A stretch of DNA of 64,000 nt, from positions 100,008 to 164,007 of the forward strand of contig CAZAMB010000005.1 of NCBI GenBank assembly GCA_964486335.1, in the 5' to 3' direction. Origin of the DNA: an uncultured Phycisphaera sp. (lineage in GTDB: Bacteria; Planctomycetota; Phycisphaerae; UBA1845). The translations under genes were made by a program, and so were the position numbers. Below the pieces are notes generated by a model that saw nothing but the letters and a program-made list of their open reading frames with translations, searched no databases and was not told the DNA's origin. Below, piece by piece: positions 28,660-38,270 of this stretch; the stretch's first letter is position 1, and each line of letters starts with the position of its first letter.

Positions 28660-29400
28660 ATGAAAAACGGATTGAATATCGTCCTGACAAACGATGACGG
28701 TTACGACGCGCTGGGGCTTTTGACGGCCTATAACGCGCTGGCGGAATTGGGGACCGTTCACGTTGTGGCGCCGCGGGCGGAGCGATCGGCGTGCAGCCAT
28801 ACGATCACGTTGCGGAACCCGATCACCGTAGAGCGTCGAACGCACGAACGATTCGGAGTGAGTTTCGCAGTGGACGGCACGCCGGCGGATTGCATTCGGC
28901 TGGCCGTTGCGGGGCTTGTTGAACCACCCATCGACATGGTGGCGTCGGGCATCAACCACGGAGCCAACGCAGGCGTGGACGTGTTTTATTCCGGAACGGT
29001 GGCGGGCGCTCGAGAGGGAGCGATTCTGGGCATTCCATCGATTGCGCTGTCTCAGGCGCTTCGGCAGGATGTCGCCGTTGATTGGAGCGCAGCCGGAACT
29101 GCGACGGGTATCGTGGTCCGAAGACTGGCGACCGAAACGCTGGAGGGGCCGGGGTTTTGGAGCGTTAATTTTCCGTCGCCGATCCCGACAAGCCCCGGTG
29201 ACCACATTCAGCGCGTTCCGCTGGCAATCCATCCGATGCCGATGCGATTCAACCGATCAGAGCGAGAGAACGGACGGGTGCTTCAATTCGATTACGGGGC
29301 ATCGTACTGGCTTCGCGACGTGACGGGTCCAAGCGACTATAGCGTCATTCGGGACGGCGGCATTGCGGTGACGGCCGTGCCGCTATACGGGCGCTTTTGA
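28660..29400 (+). CDS. surE: 5'/3'-nucleotidase SurE
   Basis: 246 aa. NIVLTNDDGYDALGL...VVAPRAERSACSHTITL...SGINHGANAG..VFYSGTVAGAREG. Confidence 0.92.
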   Translation: MKNGLNIVLTNDDGYDALGLLTAYNALAELGTVHVVAPRAERSACSHTITLRNPITVERRTHERFGVSFAVDGTPADCIRLAVAGLVEPPIDMVASGINHGANAGVDVFYSGTVAGAREGAILGIPSIALSQALRQDVAVDWSAAGTATGIVVRRLATETLEGPGFWSVNFPSPIPTSPGDHIQRVPLAIHPMPMRFNRSERENGRVLQFDYGASYWLRDVTGPSDYSVIRDGGIAVTAVPLYGRF

Positions 29401-29424
29401 CGGATGCTGGCTTGCTTGGCGAAA

Positions 29425-29976
29425 TCAAACGGATTCGTTCTTGCGAACACCGAATGCGAATCGCAGCCGCGGCGGTCGGAGCCAGCCTGCCTGGGACGCC
29501 CCGGAAAGAAACAGGAATCCAACGCCGATGCCGATCAAGGACAATGGTGTGGTCCAAAGTGACGTCGGGTCATCGAACAACCAGCAACTGGGGTTCGCGG
29601 GGTCATAAAGAACCGTGGCAACGCGGTCCTCGGCAACGTTCTTCCAACGAACGAAACCCTTGCTGCGGTAGTTATGCCTTGAGAAGCGGCTTTGATGAAC
29701 GATCCTGCGGTGGCCGGCGGTGAAAATGACGGTTCGGTAGGCTCGACGACAGAATCGAACTTTTTGATGCCAAGGCTCGATGACTTCGTCGGAAGATCGG
29801 AGAATGTGGTCCATATAGGTAATTATGGCTTCGGTCCGGTATCCGAAACCACACAGTCTTGACGTGAGATACAGCCGGTACACTCCATAGGAAGCGACAA
29901 CCGCAGCCAGGACCAGATAGTAGCGTTGCAGCGGACCTGTGAGAGTCAGGTCCAGTTTCCTGCGTTTGGCTTTCAT
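29425..29976 (-). CDS. Hypothetical membrane protein (DUF3592-like architecture)
   Basis: 183 aa. An N-terminal transmembrane segment is followed by a beta-rich middle part and a C-terminal transmembrane segment. The family assignment is tentative. Confidence 0.5.
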   Translation of the reverse strand: MKAKRRKLDLTLTGPLQRYYLVLAAVVASYGVYRLYLTSRLCGFGYRTEAIITYMDHILRSSDEVIEPWHQKVRFCRRAYRTVIFTAGHRRIVHQSRFSRHNYRSKGFVRWKNVAEDRVATVLYDPANPSCWLFDDPTSLWTTPLSLIGIGVGFLFLSGASQAGWLRPPRLRFAFGVRKNESV

Positions 29977-30143
29977 GAAGTAATCCTACGATTCCTGCAC
30001 TGATCAGCGTGCGGATTCGACACCGTTCTTCTCGGACGCGGCGCTTGGCGTGCATCGATCCTCTGCTCAGGATCGACGTGAACCGTGCGGAGTGGTAGGT
30101 TTCCGGGAAGCGCTCGACGACGAAAAAGCATTAAGGAGGAACC

Positions 30144-31274
30144 ATGGCAGCGAGAACGGGAACCGGGAAGTCAACGACCAAGCGAAACGGAGCAGCCGAC
30201 GTTCGACTCGAAGCAATGGCAAGGGCCGTCGCGGACATGGCGTTTCGCAAGAAGGACCCTGAATTGTTCATTCCGGCTCGCTTGCTGAGCAATGTCGCGT
30301 TCAACGAAAAGACGCGGCACATCGAGATGGGCGACAACAAGCAGTCGCGGAGCTTCTTCAACTACGGTCAGGCGAAGCGGTTCATGCAGACGATGCTGGT
30401 GGCGAGCAAGTGCAAGGAACTGATCGAGCGCGGGAAGACGGCCAGCATTCGTCAGATCTACTACCTGTCGAAGCACACGATCAAAGGGACGAACGAGAAG
30501 ACTTTTGACGATCAGGCGGAGTCGGACCCGATCATCGAAGATGTCGAGGTCGCGATCGACACACTCCGCGAGGAATTGCACGTCTTCGCGAGCAATCGCG
30601 GCAATCTTGTCGGGCCGGTGACGCTGGTCGATGCGGGGAACACGCTGGACTGCACGGCGATGGGATCGGCGGGTTACGCGGTGCCGAGCATCTGCGAGCC
30701 GGACGTGATCCAGTTCAAGAAGTGCAATGCGAAGTTCATCCTGCACGTCGAAAAGGACACGGTGTGGCGGCGGTTCCATGAGGATCGGTTCTGGGACAAG
30801 CACCAATGCATCGTTTCGCACGGCGGCGGACAGCCCGCGCGCGGCATGCGCCGGCTGCTACGGCGGATGCACGAGGAACTCAAGTTACCGGTATTCGTGC
30901 TGCTCGATAACGATCCTTGGGGGTACTACATTTACTCGGTCATCAAGCACGGCTCGATCAATCTGGCGTATGAGTCGAGGCGGATGGCGATCCCGGACGC
31001 GAAGTTCATCGGCGTTTCGAGCTTTGACTACGACCGCTGCGAGATGAACGACGACGTGAAGATCGAGCTCGACGCGACGGACATCAAGCGTGCCAAACAG
31101 ATCGCGGCCTATCCGTGGTTCGAGAAGAAGCGGGAGTGGCAGCGGGAGTTCAAGAAGATGCTGGCCAACGGGTTCAAGATGGAGGTTGAAGCGATGATCT
31201 CCAAAGATCTTGAATACCTGACGGGCGAGTACGTGCCGATGAAGCTGAAGGACAAGAAGCAGTGGCTGGATTAG
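30144..31274 (+). CDS. top6A: Type IIB topoisomerase subunit A (Top6A/Spo11-like)
   Basis: 376 aa. The CAP/winged-helix region has SIRQIYYLSKH (catalytic Tyr context). The Toprim Glu lies in FILHVEKDTVWRRF and the acidic DxD in PVFVLLDNDPWGYYIYSVIKHGSINLAYES. GGGQPARGMRRLLRRMHEEL matches the conserved Top6A segment. Confidence 0.85.
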   Translation: MAARTGTGKSTTKRNGAADVRLEAMARAVADMAFRKKDPELFIPARLLSNVAFNEKTRHIEMGDNKQSRSFFNYGQAKRFMQTMLVASKCKELIERGKTASIRQIYYLSKHTIKGTNEKTFDDQAESDPIIEDVEVAIDTLREELHVFASNRGNLVGPVTLVDAGNTLDCTAMGSAGYAVPSICEPDVIQFKKCNAKFILHVEKDTVWRRFHEDRFWDKHQCIVSHGGGQPARGMRRLLRRMHEELKLPVFVLLDNDPWGYYIYSVIKHGSINLAYESRRMAIPDAKFIGVSSFDYDRCEMNDDVKIELDATDIKRAKQIAAYPWFEKKREWQREFKKMLANGFKMEVEAMISKDLEYLTGEYVPMKLKDKKQWLD

Positions 31275-31321
31275 CGCACTGAAAACTTTCCATCGCTCAG
31301 AATATGCGCGCCTTTTCGCAT

Positions 31322-32680
31322 TCAGCTTTCGCGCGATGGTCTCGTTGGCGAACTTGTTTCGGAGTGCGCTGTCCCTTCTCCAATCATTTTTTCCGCGATT
31401 CCGCGAGTAAGCTTGCGAAGGTCGATCCCGAGAACGGACTCGATCGTCGCCAGCGATTCGGAGAGCATTCTGGCCCGACTCAGCGCGGCCCCGGCAATCG
31501 CCCGGCCATCGCCTCCGTCGATGACGGTTACGTCACCCAGCTCCACCGTGGACACCGTCTTGCAGAGTTCGCCGACGACGCCCGGCAGCATTTCGGCAAG
31601 AAGGACGGTTAGTGCTTCCGGGTGTTCGTGAATGGCTGCGCCGATGCACTCAATCGCCGCGGCGCGGGCCTTGCCTTCTTCGAGGATCATCGCGGCCGCG
31701 CCTTCGGCCTTCGCCTTGGCCGTATCACGATCGGCGTTGGCTTGTTTAACCTGCGTGGCAATGAGTCGAGCCTCCTCCGCCTGCGCGGCGGCTTCCTGCG
31801 CTTGGGCTTCCTTCATGGCGGCTTCGCGAGCCAGTTCGGCCTGTCGCATGCGAAGGGCGTTGTTGGCTTCGGCGATGGACTTTTCGGCGCTGAGCCGCGC
31901 CGCTTCGGCCGTTTGATGTCCTTTGGCTTCAGCGGATCGCGCCTCGGCATCGCGCTCCGCGCGAGCCCTGCGCGCCTGAGCGTCGGCCTCGGCTTCCTTA
32001 ATGTCCGCTTCTGATTTGCGGGCTGCCTCAAACTGGCGCGCATTGGCACGAACTTCGGCGGACGCTTTTCGAGCAATGGACTCAAGGTATTGCTCATCGT
32101 CATGCACATTCTGAATATTCACGCTATCGATCACCATGCCGAGCTTACGGAAATCGTCGTTGACTTCGTTCATGACGGTGGCGACGAACTTGTCTCGGTC
32201 TTCGACAATTTCCTCGGGCGTCATCTTGCCGATCACCGCGCGAAGGCCTCCTTCGAGCGTTTCACGTGAAACACGCTCCAGCTCCACCTGGGGCTGACCA
32301 AGAAATCGCTCGATCGCGCTGCAGCGAATTTCCGGATCAGAGGAGACCTTGACATTGGCGACGCCGGTTACCGTGATCGGAATCATCTTGCCGCCGCCGG
32401 ATTGGGCCTTGACTTCTAGGCCGACCTGCATGTTGCGCAGGCTGAGCATCGCTACCTTCTCGATGATTGGTACGACGACGGTGCGTCCGCCGATCAACGT
32501 GCGGTAGCCGACGTTGTTCGACGCGCGTCGCCCACTGATGACCAGCAATTCACTGGGATTCCCGACGACTGTGAATTTGGCCACAAGCGTCAACAAGGCA
32601 ATGATCAAGAGAAGCACGCCCATCCCGATCAAGATGCCGGTTGCGGCGTCGCTTGTCTGTGCGAGAATCGTGGTGCTCAT
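31322..32680 (-). CDS. Flotillin / SPFH (band 7) family protein
   Basis: 452 aa. An N-terminal transmembrane segment is followed by an SPFH domain, a long Ala/Glu-rich coiled coil (EA repeats) and a flotillin-type C-terminus. Confidence 0.9.
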   Translation of the reverse strand: MSTTILAQTSDAATGILIGMGVLLLIIALLTLVAKFTVVGNPSELLVISGRRASNNVGYRTLIGGRTVVVPIIEKVAMLSLRNMQVGLEVKAQSGGGKMIPITVTGVANVKVSSDPEIRCSAIERFLGQPQVELERVSRETLEGGLRAVIGKMTPEEIVEDRDKFVATVMNEVNDDFRKLGMVIDSVNIQNVHDDEQYLESIARKASAEVRANARQFEAARKSEADIKEAEADAQARRARAERDAEARSAEAKGHQTAEAARLSAEKSIAEANNALRMRQAELAREAAMKEAQAQEAAAQAEEARLIATQVKQANADRDTAKAKAEGAAAMILEEGKARAAAIECIGAAIHEHPEALTVLLAEMLPGVVGELCKTVSTVELGDVTVIDGGDGRAIAGAALSRARMLSESLATIESVLGIDLRKLTRGIAEKMIGEGTAHSETSSPTRPSRES

Positions 32681-33345
32681 GGACGTCCTCCCGTTGCCGG
32701 TTCCGTAATGAACTCGTGCTCTTTTGTGGAAACAACTTCCGCCAGTCCCGCGGCGTACCCTGCGATCACCACCTTCTCGCCAGCTGGGAACCGCTCGTCG
32801 CCACGCCGGGCTTTGGCGGCAACATAGCGCTCACCGGGCCCGACCTTCACGGCAACTTCCCCACGACGACCCGGTTCTATAGTCATCGTGACACGGGCCG
32901 GTTGATTGACGAAATCACCGGAATGAGACTCGCTTCCAACGCCCGAACGCTTCAACCATCTCAGAAGCTGATGTACCGCTTGGCCCGCGATCAGCCCAGA
33001 AACTGCCGCGATCCAGATCACACGATTGGCCCTGCCGCGACCGACAAATGTCATTGTCGTTCCGACGAGTCCAAACACCGCCATGAAATAAACGACAAGC
33101 TGCATGGAGAACCAGTTGGTCAACGACAGCGGCGAGGAACTTTTCAATGGGGCAACGTCGTGGTGCGGGCCGTGATGCGACAGATCATGATTGAAATCTC
33201 CGGCGGACACATCGCCGGAAAAGTCCGTCGAAGTCGCCCCGTCCACATCGACCTCCCCGGTCCCACTTCCGGAAAAGAGAGTCGAAACGAGCAGCAGCCC
33301 GCCGCCGACAATCAAGCAGATGATGTAGAGACTTGTCATGACCAC
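32677..33345 (-). CDS. NfeD/YqiJ-like membrane protein
   Basis: 222 aa. Transmembrane segments are followed by a C-terminal OB-like NfeD segment (GRRGEVAVKVGPGERYVAAKA...GEKVVIAGY). It overlaps the flotillin gene by 4 nt, the classic NfeD-SPFH pairing. Confidence 0.7.
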   Translation of the reverse strand: MVMTSLYIICLIVGGGLLLVSTLFSGSGTGEVDVDGATSTDFSGDVSAGDFNHDLSHHGPHHDVAPLKSSSPLSLTNWFSMQLVVYFMAVFGLVGTTMTFVGRGRANRVIWIAAVSGLIAGQAVHQLLRWLKRSGVGSESHSGDFVNQPARVTMTIEPGRRGEVAVKVGPGERYVAAKARRGDERFPAGEKVVIAGYAAGLAEVVSTKEHEFITEPATGGRP

Positions 33346-33582
33346 TCCTTCGTCGCGCCGAAGCGTAATGATCTGAAAGAGCTATGGCAGTGTTGCCATC
33401 GACTCTTCGTTCCGCCTGTTCACCTGCAAACGATGCCAATGGTCGCACTGCGTAGGTAAAGTGTACCAACTGTTGTGCAACCGGCTACTATATTTTCTTG
33501 AGCGAATTGGAATCGGGGTGGGGGTTTCCCGGAGCTTCGCGGAGGTTCAGGTCGCAGGCTTGGCGGGAAATGAGGTAGCCCG

Positions 33583-34200
33583 TCAACCGCGGAACATAGC
33601 CCCGCCGCAGTATAACACCACAATCAGCCCTGATAGGGCCAGCGAGGTTACCGCCCAGCTTCGCCGAGTTGGGCGACGAAGGCCCAGTGCGCCCAGCACG
33701 ATGGTCGCAAGACAGGTCCCCAGCGCCGCAGTGCTGAGCAGACTCGACGCGATCATCCAACCGGGGACAGCCCCGCCGCGAGATTTCATGAACTCCATCA
33801 TGGCTTGGGTGAAGCCCGCGCCCTCTCGCCGGGCTTTTTCAATCTGCTCGACCATGTCCTGCATTTCAAGGGCGTGCCCTCCCAGGATGATCGAGGCGAT
33901 TCCGAACAGCACGATCGTGACGATGGCCAGAACCAGCGAGGCTGTTGCCGCGCCGTTGCCGAGAGACGGCTGCGGCGCTGCGGCGAATTCAAGAGAATCG
34001 CCGGATTCGAACGGACGTGGATGCACATCAGTCCGACGAATGGCCGTTGCGGTGGGAATTCCTTCGAGTTCGCCCAGCGTGGATTCGCCAGGCGCTGTGA
34101 CGGTGCGCTGACAATAGGGGCAGCGGACGACCTGCATCGCCCAGTGGTCATCGACTTCGATGGGTTCCGTGCAGGCCGCGCATTGAAACCGAATCGCCAT
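33583..34200 (-). CDS. Hypothetical membrane protein with N-terminal zinc-ribbon
   Basis: 205 aa. FQCAACTEPI...VRCPYCQRTV is followed by several transmembrane segments. Confidence 0.6.
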   Translation of the reverse strand: MAIRFQCAACTEPIEVDDHWAMQVVRCPYCQRTVTAPGESTLGELEGIPTATAIRRTDVHPRPFESGDSLEFAAAPQPSLGNGAATASLVLAIVTIVLFGIASIILGGHALEMQDMVEQIEKARREGAGFTQAMMEFMKSRGGAVPGWMIASSLLSTAALGTCLATIVLGALGLRRPTRRSWAVTSLALSGLIVVLYCGGAMFRG

Positions 34201-34571
34201 GGATCGGATCGTATCTCGCGTCGCGCATCCTCGTCAATTGGTATTTGTTTCGCTCAATGTTGAAAAAAAACACAATTGAAGTCGTTCGGGCCTTTGCCGT
34301 GGGATGAGCAACTCCTGCGCTGGTTTATCAGTATTGATTCTGGGTTCTGCTATCATGAAACCAGGTGCTTTCCAATGTTGCGCAAAAGCCGCCGAACGGA
34401 AGCGCCGATTCCGCGCAATTCGGTCCTCGGCGAAGCGCTTACGCCATCGGGCGAGCCTTCAAGCATTTGATTCGCTAACGCCGATAGACCGTTCGCAAGG
34501 ATTGCAGGAATGAATGCCGCGCGGAGCGCTGAAATCATCGGTTGTTTCAAATTGATAACGGAGCGGCTTCC

Positions 34572-34784
34572 ATGATAACCAAGAGCGAAACCATCGCGGA
34601 GATTATGTTCCTCAATCCGACTGCCGGGGCGGCCTTTCTCTCCGAGTTCAACAACGACGACCTCGTTCGCTATCTCGGACGACTTCGTGATCTGGGCACA
34701 TCGGCACGCGGCTCGGACGCGCGACGCGCGAGCGAGCCGGCAAAGCCCTTATCACCGTTTGCGGTAACCCTGATCCCCGCCTAG
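34572..34784 (+). CDS. Hypothetical small protein
   Basis: ORF 34542..34784, with a likely start at Met 34572 (MITKSETIAEIMFLNPTAGAAFLSEFNNDDLVRYLGRLRDLG). No family recognised. Confidence 0.35.
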   Translation: MITKSETIAEIMFLNPTAGAAFLSEFNNDDLVRYLGRLRDLGTSARGSDARRASEPAKPLSPFAVTLIPA

Positions 34785-34798
34785 GTCTACAGACGCCT

Positions 34799-35077
34799 TC
34801 ACGATGACCTCTTTCGGGCTTCGTCGAGCCAGACTCGAAGATTCCTGGCCAGCAGTTCGGGCGTTCCGTCAGCCATGATTCGTTCGATCGCCTTTGGTTC
34901 CAGCTTGAGCGATTTCATGGCTGTTGCCGCGCGAGTCCACAGTCGCTTCCGCTTCGCTTCGGTATCGGCAAGGTACAATTCCGTCACGATCTCCTGCAAT
35001 CGCGCAAGCATGATCTCGTCGCGGTGATCGTAATAACGGCTGATGATCTTCTTCTGGTGCGGCGTAAACTCACCCAT
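34799..35077 (-). CDS. Hypothetical small helical protein
   Basis: These are the last 92 codons of ORF 34799..35218, starting at the ATG at 35077: MGEFTPHQKKIISRYYDHRDEIMLARLQEIVTELYLADTEAKRKRLW... The upstream part of the ORF looks non-coding. Confidence 0.5.
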   Translation of the reverse strand: MGEFTPHQKKIISRYYDHRDEIMLARLQEIVTELYLADTEAKRKRLWTRAATAMKSLKLEPKAIERIMADGTPELLARNLRVWLDEARKRSS

Positions 35078-35273
35078 GGCCGCGTGATATCGATACCGAC
35101 AACGGCCGTCAAGTCGCGCCCCAGAAAGCCACGCCCCAAAAGGGCGATTTCCGGTTCCGGCCGAACCGCCATTTCTCGCTTGACGACGGTTGATTGGCGT
35201 AGTTAAGATGCAGGTCAACAGTCAGGTCGAGCTGCGGGTCCGAGAGGGGTGTCGTATTTTCGGAGGACCGACC

Positions 35274-37277
35274 ATGTGCCGTGCAATTCAGACTGAATTC
35301 AACCGAACCGTTGCCATTACGTTGATGGCGTTCATGTGCTTGTGGGTAGGCGCTGAACAGGCCCTCGGCCAATCGGACCCAACGAACGCCCGCACGATCT
35401 ATCGCTTGAACTCGGTGAGCACTTTTCAGCAAGGGTGCTTTGACCCTTGCATGTGTCCGTTGCTTGAGCAGCGTCCCATGCGCGGGACATTCGCTCTTCG
35501 TCATGTCAGCACCCAGAACGGTTTCCAATCATTCGCGGTGGAAGACGTGAATTGGACGGTAGCCTACGACGATCCTGAGTTGCGCGTTACCGGGACGGGT
35601 AGTTACACGATCGGCACGCCGGGCGTCATCACCGTGTTGCACCATCGGCTCGAACTGGATCTGAAGGTGGGCAACAACGCCGTGGAGTATTTTGACAGTG
35701 GTTGGATCATCGGCCCAAACCTGCCGCACATCGGCATCACGATTTCAAAGAACAACATGTTCTGCTTTGATACCGTGTTCGTCATTTCGGCCGACCCGGT
35801 GCCTGCCGCAGAGTTTTCGCGGTATGCGCTTGTACAGGGCAGCACGTTTGAACGCGGCTGCTATGACCCTTGCGACTGTCTGCCACCGGGTTCGCCGCAG
35901 CCCGTGGTCGGGACGTTTCGACTCGTGCCGCTGTACGACAACAGCCTGTTCGCCGAGTTCGCGATGGTGGACATTCAATGGAATGTATTGAGCACGATTC
36001 CCACGGTACCGCCGAATCTTCCGATTGCCGGGACAGGCACTTACATGGTCGGCGGCGAATTTGCCGCTCAACAGCGAATGCGCGCCGACCTGCGCGTCGG
36101 AGGCGAGGAATCCCAGCATTTTGATAGCCGCATGGTGGTCGGCGGATCAGCGTTTCCCACACGAATCGACGCTACTATTTCCGTCAGCGGAATGGTCTGT
36201 TTTGACTCTGTCATACACGTCGTGGCCGAGCGACTAAACTCCGGGGTCGTGTGCGGTGGAATTGCCGGCATCGGATGCGCCAACGGAGAGTTCTGCAAAT
36301 ACGCCGTCGGCGAATGCTGTTGCGATTTCCAGGGCATTTGTCAGCCGATTCCCGAGGCCTGCATCACGGTTTGGGATCCCGTGTGCGGCTGCGACGGCCA
36401 GACCTACGGCAACGAGTGCGAGGCCGACCGCGCGGGAGTTGCGATCGACCACTTCGGCGAGTGTGCCGGACCGTGCGACACGGCGACCGGCAAAGGCTGC
36501 GTCAAGGTCATCATCGACATGGACCCAAGCACGCCGGGATTCCAGTCGAGCATCACCGTGCCTCCCGGCAGCCCTACGATCCGCGGCATCGGCGTTTACG
36601 TTTACGACCCGAATGGTCAGAATTCGATCTGGGATATCGGGTATCTGGGCGGTCTCGATCGTGGCATCGCATTCGGGCACACGCCGTCGAACACGAATCC
36701 GCAGGGCCGCGTCGCCGGGCTGATTGCCTATCCGGGTACGCCGGTGAACCCCGGCAATACACCGATGATGATCCAACCGGCCATGGACAAAGGCTTCGGC
36801 GGCGCTGAAGTCCAATATGTGGAATACGGCGCGACGCAATCGGCGATAATGGCCTCTGAGCCATTGCAGCCGATCTTCACGGTTGACGTCATCCTCCAAA
36901 ACGCAGGCATCGGCGACACGTTTGGTTTTCAGATCATGGATTTTGTTCGCGTCTGGTCGGGCGGCTCCGGTGGTGCGTTCTCGACTCAGGGGCCGATGAG
37001 CCTTGACACTGGCGGTGACGTCGTGCCGGACGGCACCGTAAGCATTTACGGCATCGATGCCGACGCGGCGATTCCCGTTCCTCCGGCGGCGTTTTACGTT
37101 GATTTCATGGACCGCGGATTGGGACAAGCGAGTTCAGGGCAGATCGGCGCTACGATCACTGTTGCGGCAGGCGTCGAACCAATTCCGGCAGTAACGACCT
37201 GGGGAGCGGTCGTCATGGTACTTCTTGTGCTTTCCGCGGGAACCGTGGTGCTTCAACGATCGCGGCAAAGTGCTTGA
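35274..37277 (+). CDS. Large secreted protein: tandem CxDPCxC domains, Kazal-like domain, IPTL-CTERM-type sorting signal
   Basis: Signal peptide from the Met at 35274. Two ~150-aa repeats are present (QQGCFDPCMCP... / ERGCYDPCDCLP...). The Kazal signature is DPVCGCDGQTYGNECEADRAG. The C-terminus is IPAVTTWGAVVMVLLVLSAGTVVLQRSRQ. Confidence 0.8.
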   Translation: MCRAIQTEFNRTVAITLMAFMCLWVGAEQALGQSDPTNARTIYRLNSVSTFQQGCFDPCMCPLLEQRPMRGTFALRHVSTQNGFQSFAVEDVNWTVAYDDPELRVTGTGSYTIGTPGVITVLHHRLELDLKVGNNAVEYFDSGWIIGPNLPHIGITISKNNMFCFDTVFVISADPVPAAEFSRYALVQGSTFERGCYDPCDCLPPGSPQPVVGTFRLVPLYDNSLFAEFAMVDIQWNVLSTIPTVPPNLPIAGTGTYMVGGEFAAQQRMRADLRVGGEESQHFDSRMVVGGSAFPTRIDATISVSGMVCFDSVIHVVAERLNSGVVCGGIAGIGCANGEFCKYAVGECCCDFQGICQPIPEACITVWDPVCGCDGQTYGNECEADRAGVAIDHFGECAGPCDTATGKGCVKVIIDMDPSTPGFQSSITVPPGSPTIRGIGVYVYDPNGQNSIWDIGYLGGLDRGIAFGHTPSNTNPQGRVAGLIAYPGTPVNPGNTPMMIQPAMDKGFGGAEVQYVEYGATQSAIMASEPLQPIFTVDVILQNAGIGDTFGFQIMDFVRVWSGGSGGAFSTQGPMSLDTGGDVVPDGTVSIYGIDADAAIPVPPAAFYVDFMDRGLGQASSGQIGATITVAAGVEPIPAVTTWGAVVMVLLVLSAGTVVLQRSRQSA

Positions 37278-37305
37278 ATACGATCGTCCGGTCTCGCCGG
37301 GTTGG

Positions 37306-38175
37306 TTACGATCCAAACAGAACGTACCGCTGGTTCGGCTGGGCAAACCCGGCGAACTCACGGCTCACAAAGTTAAACGAAGGATCATCCCATTCGTCCG
37401 AGTAGTGATAAAGGTATGTCCGCTTGCGCACCGCTTCAGGCAGCGTTCGCAAGTCCTTCAAGGATGCGTGGATGGGTTCGAGCGAATCTTCAAGCTGGAC
37501 ATCGTGGAAAATGATGCAAGCGCGGTCCATCCGTCCGCCGAACCCGGCTCGGTCGAACCGCGTGTCTCCTGAGTAGATGGCCAGAGAGCCGGTCGATGCG
37601 TCGCGCATCGACACGCCAAAACTGGGCCAATCGAACTGACGCTCCACGCGAATGTGATCGGTGGGGAATAGACCCAGCTCAAAACGCTCCATCATCGTCA
37701 ACGGACGTTCTTTGTCGTTGACGTCAAGCGGCTTCGGCGCAAAGTAATCTTCCAGTGAAGCCTGCCGGCCGTTGAGCGAACCGAGACCGCCCCGAAGCGA
37801 ATGCTCCCAAAGCGACCGAATCAGCTCAGCCGATCCGAACAACTCAGGGCGACGCGTTTCAGCGCAGCGAGCGAAGCGGATGATGGATGCCCATTCCTCG
37901 AGTCCGCCAATATGGTCGGCGTGCAAGTGGGTAATGATGACGCCGCGAAGTGCAGAATAACAGATGTTTCCGCCGCTACCGAGATAGGAAAACTCCGGCA
38001 TGTCCTTTAACCTATGCAGAGCGAGCGGCCCGGTTGCGCCGAAGTCGATGAGCAGGGCGTCGTCAGGTCGATCCTGCTTGTCGGGACCGGATGCCCATGC
38101 TTCAATCAGCGCGCTGGATTGCAGATTGCGTTTCGCGAAGGCGGAACCAACGCCGAGAAACGTGAGCGTAAGCAC
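37306..38175 (-). CDS. MBL-fold metallo-hydrolase
   Basis: 289 aa. LTFLGVGSAF is followed by the metal motif ITHLHADHIGG. Confidence 0.82.
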   Translation of the reverse strand: MLTLTFLGVGSAFAKRNLQSSALIEAWASGPDKQDRPDDALLIDFGATGPLALHRLKDMPEFSYLGSGGNICYSALRGVIITHLHADHIGGLEEWASIIRFARCAETRRPELFGSAELIRSLWEHSLRGGLGSLNGRQASLEDYFAPKPLDVNDKERPLTMMERFELGLFPTDHIRVERQFDWPSFGVSMRDASTGSLAIYSGDTRFDRAGFGGRMDRACIIFHDVQLEDSLEPIHASLKDLRTLPEAVRKRTYLYHYSDEWDDPSFNFVSREFAGFAQPNQRYVLFGS

Positions 38176-38270
38176 GGTGAATGTCCCTTTTCGTTACGCG
38201 GTCGCGCCGACGCCCGGAGTATACAGGGAATGCGACCACAGGGAAGTTGGCGCTCGCCCCAGGCATCGAC

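Noticed and set aside
28483-29232. 5' extension of the 675-aa ORF 27205..29232
   Set aside because: It lies antisense to the well-supported surE gene (28660..29400). It has Arg/Pro-rich shadow-frame composition. The FHA protein reads sensibly only from Met 28482 or 28452.
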